DNA from: Harriotta raleighana
Lineage: Eukaryota
Assembly: GCA_050575255.1 (NCBI GenBank)
Contig: JBNZDD010013678.1
Location: 4,560,753-4,624,752 of the forward strand
DNA length: 64,000 nt
Direction of reading: 5' to 3'
Made by a program: the position numbers and the translations under genes. The notes beneath the pieces are model-generated. The model saw only the letters and a list, made by a program, of their open reading frames with translations. It was not told the DNA's origin and ran no database searches. Positions 54,401 through 63,400 of this stretch are shown here, one piece after another (position 1 is the first letter of the stretch; every line of letters starts with the position of its first letter).

Positions 54401-57400
54401 AATAAATAACAAGTGAATAAAAAAAAATGGTGGTTAATTCCACCAAAACAAGAAGTTGAGAGATGAATGAAAGAAGAAATAGGGAGACAGTTTTCATTTC
54501 TAAAGATGGGCACTCGATAATGAGCAAGGTTTTCTAAAATCTCTCTCTTAGTTTTGTACCTTCAATTGGTGGAGACACCTTTCTTCTTGGAACAGTAACA
54601 GGTTTGACTTCTTCAGCCACTGGTTTCTTAGGAACCTCCGGCACTTTAAAGAATATTAACGGTTTAGGGAATGATTCGCTCCAAAAAATATATGGAAAGC
54701 TCAACACAAAGTAGTAACATTTAAACATCACAGACAAAACCAGCAGCAAATAAGATCAGAAGAAGAACCAAAAGTGGGGTCTGGACAGAGGTTTAAGAGA
54801 AGACTGTGAAATGTAGACACCGTTTTTATTTTAATGGTGGGAACTTGTAGCCACACTGATTAAAGATGAAGATTTTATGAAATCTCTCTCTTAGTTTTGT
54901 ACCTTCAGCAGGAGAAATCTCTTTTCTTCTTGGAATAGTGACAGGTTTGACTTCTTCAGCCACTGGTTTCTTAGGAACCTCCGGCACTTTAAAGAATATT
55001 ATCGTGTAAGAATAGATTCACTCCAGAAAACATACAGAAATAACAGGGGACGTACAAATACTATCCCACAGTAACATGACAAACATGAAANGGCAAACAT
55101 TGACTGAAGACAACACACTGTATCGGACTAAAACTATGAATAATAAATCAAAGTAAAAGTTTATTTAAAAAATAATGTGTCATGATGTGATATTCAAAAG
55201 AAAAAAATTTGGTCACTNAGCAAACACTGACTGAAGACAACACACTGTATTGGACTAAAACTATGAATAATAAATCAAAGTAAAAGTTTATTTTAAAAAT
55301 AATGTGTCATGATGTGATATTCAAAAGAAAAAAATTTGGTCACTCAATCAACCCCTGTTTGTGGGCCATTGTTCTGCTGCGTTTGTCGCCACATAATATA
55401 CTGTCAATTCACTTTATAGTATATTCTGCAAAGTCTTTTGAGATGTCTCAAAAACATGATTAGGTGCTATATCAAATGCGAGCATTATTATAATATTATC
55501 ACAAGCTGGACAAAACTGACTCTTCTGTATTGAGAGAATACACATTGAGCAAATGATTTGAGAATATTGTTACCCTCTTTACAATTATGATACATTTTGC
55601 AGTTTGGTTTTGTTCAAGCATTTCCTAATATAATCCTACCTAGTTTGTAATTAATGTTGGATATAATTTCTAGTGGATTTTTAATTTACTGAAGCATTAT
55701 GAGTTCTGCAAACATTGAAATATGTTGCAAGAAATTGTTGCTTTGCAAGTTATCATAAAATGTTACCATATTACAACTACTGTTCATCCTAACACCGACA
55801 AAGTAAAACATAAACTCACACTTCCCAAAGACTGTAACAGAACATCAAAGAATAAATATGGTGTTGATTCATTCCACCAGAACAATGACCAAGAAATGAA
55901 GATCCTTCTTGGAAGAATTCTAAGATGAATGGGAACTTGTAGTTGCAATAAAATTTGCTTTGTACCTTCAATCGGAAGAACCTCCTTCTTTCTTGGAACA
56001 GTAACTGGTTTCACTTCTTCAGCCAGTGGTTTCTTAGGAGCCTCCGGCACTTTAAAGAACATTAGCATTTTAGAGAACGTTTCACTCAACAAAATACACA
56101 GAAGGTTGAACACACAAACTAACATTAAATGTCACAGACAAAACCGATAGAAAATAAAATCAGAAGAAGAACCAGAAGATGAATCTGGACAGTTGAAGAG
56201 ACGTTTGTGAAATATAGTCACAGTTTTCATTCTAATGATGGGAACTTTTAATCACACTAACTAAGGATGAAGATTTTAGAAATTCTCTCTTTTAGTATTA
56301 TACCTTCAGTGGGTGGAGACACCTTTCTTCTTTGAACAGGAACTGGCTTGACTTCTTCAGCCACTGGCTTCTTGGGAACTTCCGGCACTTTAAAGAATAT
56401 TATTGTTTTAGGGAATGATTCACTCAGGAAAATATACAGATCTTTTCCCACAGAGAAGTAGTAACTCAAGGAAATGTGGACATGACAGACAAAACTAATC
56501 ATAACATGACACAGTGAATCAACAACAAAAGGAGGATTATTATTATAACTTTGCATAGTTACTCATTTGAAACAAGATCTCTAGTTTTGACAATTAAATG
56601 TTATTTCTACATTTGTATAGCACTTTTAACTTTGGAAGGATGTCCCAAGATACTGGACAATAAGGAAATTGGGATGGAGTTCCAAAAGATGGGGTGAAAG
56701 AGGCTGAAGGCCCAACAACCAATAGTGGGGAGGGCCGGGCGGTGGATGTGGAGCAGATAGGAGCTTGCTGAGCAGAGGGAGCAGACAGGTTGATATGGAG
56801 TTAAAAAGTCACAAAAGTATGGAGGAGCAAGCCCGTGGAAGGCTTTGAAGGTAAGGACAAGGATTTTGAACTCTATCCTCTGGGAGATGGGGAGCCATTG
56901 GACCCTGGCGAGATTGGGGTGATAGGGTCCTGGAACCTGATGTGGGAGAGTACACAAGCTGCAGTGTCTGGATGATCTGCAGCATGTGGAAGGAAGAGTT
57001 GGGAAAGCCAACAAGCAGGCAGTTAGCATAGTTGAGCCTAGAAGTAGTGGAGGGACTCAGAGATAGAGGCAGTGATGGAGGTGGGGGAAGACAGAAAGGT
57101 TCATGGTACGGATGTGGGGCGGAAAGGACAGTTGGGGGTCAAAAAGTCACCAGGAATCTGGACTGGCTCTGAAAATAATACAGGTTCTGCTCCACTAAAT
57201 AATGCTAATACAGAACAAATCAAACAGTTCCACATACAAGATGTCCACTGTTTAAAACAATGTGAAAAAAACACACACAAAGATGTCAAACATGAAACTC
57301 CAATATCACTGTGAATAAATAACGTGATGATTAATTTCACCAGAAGCAGATTCTGGGCAGAGTTTGAGAGAGGAGCAAGATAAACGGGGATCAACTTTCC

Positions 57401-60400
57401 ATTGTAATGTTGGGAACAGACTGTAGAAGGATTCAGGTTTTATAAGATCGCTGTCTAGTTTTGTACCTTGAGTTGGAGGAGTTTCCTTCCTTCTAGGAAC
57501 TGCAATGGGTTTAACTTCATCAGCCGCTGGCTTCTCAGGAGTTTCGGGCACTTCAAAGAATATTAGCGTTGAAGTAAAGATTGACTCAAGAATATACAAT
57601 ACATATAACTGTGTAGACATACAACAACATCAACTTGCATTCATAAAGCGCCCTTCACGTGGGCAGTGTCTTGGAACGTTTAAACACATAACAAGACGCA
57701 CTAACATGAAACACACGCACAGCACATAAAACTGGTTCAAGATGATACTTAATGTTTGGTCAATATTTGGGATAAATGCGACACTTTCAATGTTGATAAA
57801 ATACAGAATTTAGTGGTAATTTTTTTAATGTTGTTTCTTCTCTCTATTAATTCTAATTTTAAATATCCAAATGATGATTTGAATCAGTTTATAATACAGA
57901 TAAAATATACTTTTAGCAATTCTAATGAAGTGTCGTGGATCCGAAACGTTGACTCACTTTCCTTTCTCCATACATGCTGCCTGACCTGTTGAATGTTCCC
58001 AGTGATTTTTGTTTCATACTTTTAGCACTTTTGTATTCTATAAGAGATATAAATCAGTAAATGTATATTCCTCATTGTAGTGCGAGTTTACCGTGGAATG
58101 ATCTTCCTCTCGGCTAAAAACACTGGTCAGTAAATATACTGATCATCAAAAAATAAGGTAGCCCCTATCTGCTAAAATCACAAATTTTATCGATGTGTGG
58201 AGAACTACTTCTTTAAAATTGCCAAGAGCATGATTCCACTCAACACACAAGTGATCAGAAATGTGTTGTACATTTCCCCAATGTGTTGAAGTGATTGTTT
58301 GTGACGATATGGAACAACAAGCCACAGATGTGAAACATAATCTCCAACAGTACAACATGACAACAGAACATCTACGACTAATGCACAACGAGGATTGATT
58401 CCACCAGAAGAAGAATCAGAAGCAGAATCTGCACACAGTTCAAGACATGGCTGACAACACACCATTCAGACAAACATATGGTGTGAATAGAACACCACAC
58501 TGAGTAAGAATTAAGATGTTTATAATATTCTTTCTCTTAGAATTTGTACCTTCAGCTGGAGGTATCTCCTTCCTTCTTGGAATGGAAATGGGTTTGACTT
58601 CTTCAGCCACTGGCCTCTTAGGAACTTTAAAGAATATCATTGTTTTAGGAAAAGATTTAGTCAAGAAAATAGAAATGCACCATTTGTTTATGACAATGTA
58701 AATTGCAAATCTATGGTGACATGAAAAACACATATGATGGACAAAGACAACACAGTCACATGAATCAAACATGAACATGATGAATCAATCAAAACAGGAT
58801 TATTATAACCATTTGTGATCCAATTTTTGCTAGTTACTGGACAGAGTAGGGATTCTTCTACAGTGATAATATCAAATCAAATCCATTTGATCTTTTGAAA
58901 GGTTTGCCCACCTTATAAAGAAATTAGCTTTACTCGAGATATCTTTCTTTTAAACACACACCATTTTAATTATTATGATGAATCAAGTTGGCTTGTTTTT
59001 AATAGGATTTATTACTTCTAATGGCTTTGTATTTAATGAAACATTACAAGTTCCACAAATATTCAAAGCGCATCAGTAGATATTTGCTCTGTATCACACA
59101 TCAACTGAAAATAACTAAACATTTCCTTGCCCCTGAATTACCATGTTCTGGAATGCTCTGCCTGAAAGGGAGTTGGAAGGTAGATTCGATAGGAGGTATT
59201 GAAAAGCGAATTGGATGAATATTTGTAAAGGAAAAAAATGCAGGGCAATGGGGTAAGAGTGGGGGAGTGGGATTAATTGGATAACTCTTTCAAAGAGCTG
59301 GCACAAGCACAATGGGCCGATTGGCATCCTTCAACACTGTTTGATTTGATAAATTCACGTTATAACCACTATCCATGGCAACATGAACAATACATGATCA
59401 CATGAAACACAAAATCCAACATTGCAACATAGGAACAGAACCCAATTGAGGAATACAAATGGAGATGATTGGTTCCACCCAAACCAAAAGGACACAATGT
59501 TGAGTGTGGACAGAGTTTGAGACACGACTGGGAAACGTAGACACAGTTTTCATTCTAAATTGGGAACATACAGCACACAAAGTAAGATTGAAGATTTTAT
59601 AAAATCTCCCTCTTGGTTTGTACCTTCAGTTGGAGATTTCTTCCTTTCCGGAACAGTAACTGGTTTCACTTCTACAGCCACTGGCTTCTTGGGAACCTCT
59701 GGCACTTTAAAGAATATAATTATTTAAGAAAAGATTCACATGAGAGTAAGTGTAACATTGAACAACAACAACAAAATTATATTTGTAGAGCGCCTTTCAC
59801 GTCCGGAGAACGTCCCAAGGCATACGAGTCAAGATTAGATGGAATTTCACAGAAAAACATATCCAAGACAACATATGTTGATGAATGAACATAATTACCA
59901 AGTGAAAAGTAAAACTATTTGTCAAAATAAACTGTTGCTGTTATCATATTGGACAGTATCTGGAATTAACACAGACCTTTTACAAAAGAAATTTGACTAT
60001 GAATTACTCTGCATTTACTGAGCTCTCTGTAAACACAGCGATTTAAATCAACCTATGCCAGCCTTGAAGATAACATGTGGATGAATGAAAAACAAATCAA
60101 AAATGAAACCACATGTCAATCAAAGTGCCGTTATTGTTACTTTGGACAGTAACTGGAATTAATAGGGAACTTTCGCAAGGATTTGTTGGAAATGTGTCGC
60201 ACAAATTACATTTCTTTCTGTGTTTTCTTAACCTATATTTGTTTCAGTAAATATAACACCAATAAAACATATGTTTTAGCATTTTAATATTACATTAAGA
60301 ATAATGTAGTCAATGTTCAATCATTGGTAAATTCACTAATTTAGATTTATATATTGTAATAGTCCAATTCTGCTCTAAGCTGAGCCCATCAGTCAGCAGA

Positions 60401-63400
60401 TTTCCAAGTGGGAGTGTAGTAAGCTAAACACCCATAACCACAGTCACACATTTCATAGTGGCCAGAAAATCGCTCAATAAATTGAACAAGAATTTGGCCC
60501 AAGAAATTGACAAGAATTAGCTGAAATATGCTGAATTTTTTGCATGTATTTTGTAGTTGCTGAATATGACAACATGAAAGATATACACAAATGTAAAAAC
60601 ACAAATACACAGGTGTCACGACAGAACAGACATCAATTAATGAATACTGTGGTGATTAATTCCACCACAACAAAAAACAGAAGCTAAGACTGGACAAGTA
60701 TTTCATAAACACACAAGAAACATGGACAAATTTTCATTGTTATGATCAGAACAAACCACTGCAATGATTTTTTATTAAAAAAAAATTTGTACCTTCAGTG
60801 GGTAGAGCCTCCTTCCTTTTAGAAACAGTAACTGGTTTCACTTCGTCCACCACTGGCTTCTTAGGAATCTCTGGCACTTTAAAGAATATTATTGTTTAAG
60901 AAAAGATTCAGCCAAACATATATATAACATTGAAGGCAAGTAAACCAGGATAACAAGAAACATCACAGGAGAATGAACTCAAGGCAACATAAATTGGCGA
61001 ATCAAAAATATTAACTCAAAACAAAATCACTTGTATTGTTACTTTGCTCAGTCTCTGCAATTTTTACAAAAGCTATTTGCACTAATGCATTAGAAATTTG
61101 ACTATAATTAAAAATTCAGCCCATGATTTGAATAAAATATATTTTTTTAAAGTATTTTAATATTACATTATGAATAATATGTTGAATCTACCAGTCATTG
61201 ACAGTCTTCAAATAAGAATTGTTTTTAATGATCGAATCATGCTCGAAGGTGACATCATATCAGCCTATAAATTTCCTGGGTGGAGAAGAGTAAGGTAACC
61301 CCATTGGTGACAAAGCCACCAATTTAATTGGGTACAATAAATTGACCAACAACTTGTCCCATGGAATTGTAAAAGTATGTTAACTGAAATATGCTACACA
61401 TTTTCTCTGCGTTACTGCATATGATAAACATGAAAGATACACACAGATGTAAAACACACAAACACATGAGTAACACGAACAAAACAAACATCAATGACTT
61501 AATATGATGTTGATTAATTTCAACACAACAAGAAGAACCAGTAACAAAGACTGGACAGATCTTTGAGAGACAACTGTGAAATGTAGACATCATTTTCATT
61601 CTTATGGCGGGAACAGACCAGAGCACAAACAAAGAAGGAAGATTTTATAAAATCTCCCACTTGTTTTGTACCTTCAGTCGGAGGAGATTCCTTCCTTTCT
61701 GGAACAGTAACAGGTTTCATTTCTTCAATTACTGTCCTCCTAGGAGCTTCTGGCACTTTTAAGAATATTAGCATTTTAGGAAATGATTCATTCAAGAAAA
61801 TACAAAGAACATTGAACACACTAATGTCACAGACAAGACCAACTGATGCTAGATGAAGAACCAGAAGCTGAGCCTGGGCAGAGTTTGTGAGACGACAATG
61901 AAACATAGACACAGTTTTCAATCTAATGATGCGTATATGCAGCCATACTGAAAATGTTATGAAGTCTCCTATTGTTTTCGTACCTTCAGTCGGAGGAGAC
62001 ACCTTCCTTCTAAGAACAGTAACAGGTTTGACTTCTTCAACCACTGGTTTCTTAGGAACCTCCAGCACTTTAAAGAATAGCGTTGTTTAAGAAAGGATTC
62101 GCATAAGACATGTAAACCACAAAAACCAAGACAACAAGAAACATAACAGGAAAGCTTGTCAACATAAAGTGTTGTTACCCTGGACATGCTCTGGAAGTAA
62201 TAGGGACTTTTTGCCTTGATAAGTTAGAAANCAGGGACTTTTTGCTTTGATAAGTTAGAAATTTGACTATAAATTACTCTACACTGCTGGCAATCGGGGC
62301 TTCAGTGTTTCAGTGTTTCCTATGCTTTGCAATTCCATCCCGGAATCCCTCCCATTTACCCCTCCTTTGCCTACTTCAAGACCTGACCGAAGACCTTTTC
62401 CTTTGACTGTGCATTTGGTCACCCACCCAACCCCNTAGGGACTTTTTGCCTTGATAAGTTAGAAATGTGACTATAAATTACTCTACACTGCTGGCAATCA
62501 GGGCTTCAGTGTTTCTGCCCCTATGCTTTGCAATTCCATCCCGGAATCCCTCCCATTCACCCCTCCTTTGCCTACTTCAAGACCCGACCGAAGACCTTTT
62601 CCTTTGACTGTGCATTTGGTCACCCACCCAACCCCTTGCCCTGCACTGTTGATTCCATCCACCAGCTGGAATACAAACACTTGACTGTCTAGCACCTTGG
62701 AGCATCCATCTGAATTAAAAGGCACATTATAAATTTATTTTGATGTTTGTTTAATACGACATTAAATAATGCAGTGAGCCAACTGCAATCATTGGCAAAG
62801 TCACCAATTGAGAATTATGAATTGGGTCTAACCTGACACCATATCAATATGTAAATATCCTGGTTGATATAGATTAATGTAACCAACTCCATCGGTGATA
62901 AAGTCACCAATTTAAAGGGGTTTAGAAAATCACCACTCAATAAATTGACTACAAAATGTGTTGCACCAACATGACAGTAGTTAACTGAAATATATTAAAC
63001 TGTATGTTACAGTTACTGCATATGACAGCATGAAAGATATTCACAGACGTAAAACACAAACACATGGATGTCACAACATTGTAACAGAATAGAACTTGGA
63101 TGACTAAATATGGTGATGATTTATTCCACCACAACAAGAAGAATCAAAAGCAATATCTGGACAGTGATTGAGAAATGCCTGAAAAATGTAGACACTATTT
63201 TCATTCAAATGATGGAAACAGACAGCCAAACTGAGTATGAATGAAGATGTCATAAAATCTCTCTCTAGTGCTGTACCTTCAGTTGGAGGAATCTCCTTCC
63301 TCCTTGGAACAGTAACAGGTTTCATTTCTTCAACTACTGTCCTCTTAGGAGCCTCTGGCACTTTTAAGAATATTAGCATTTTAGGAAATGATTTATTCAA

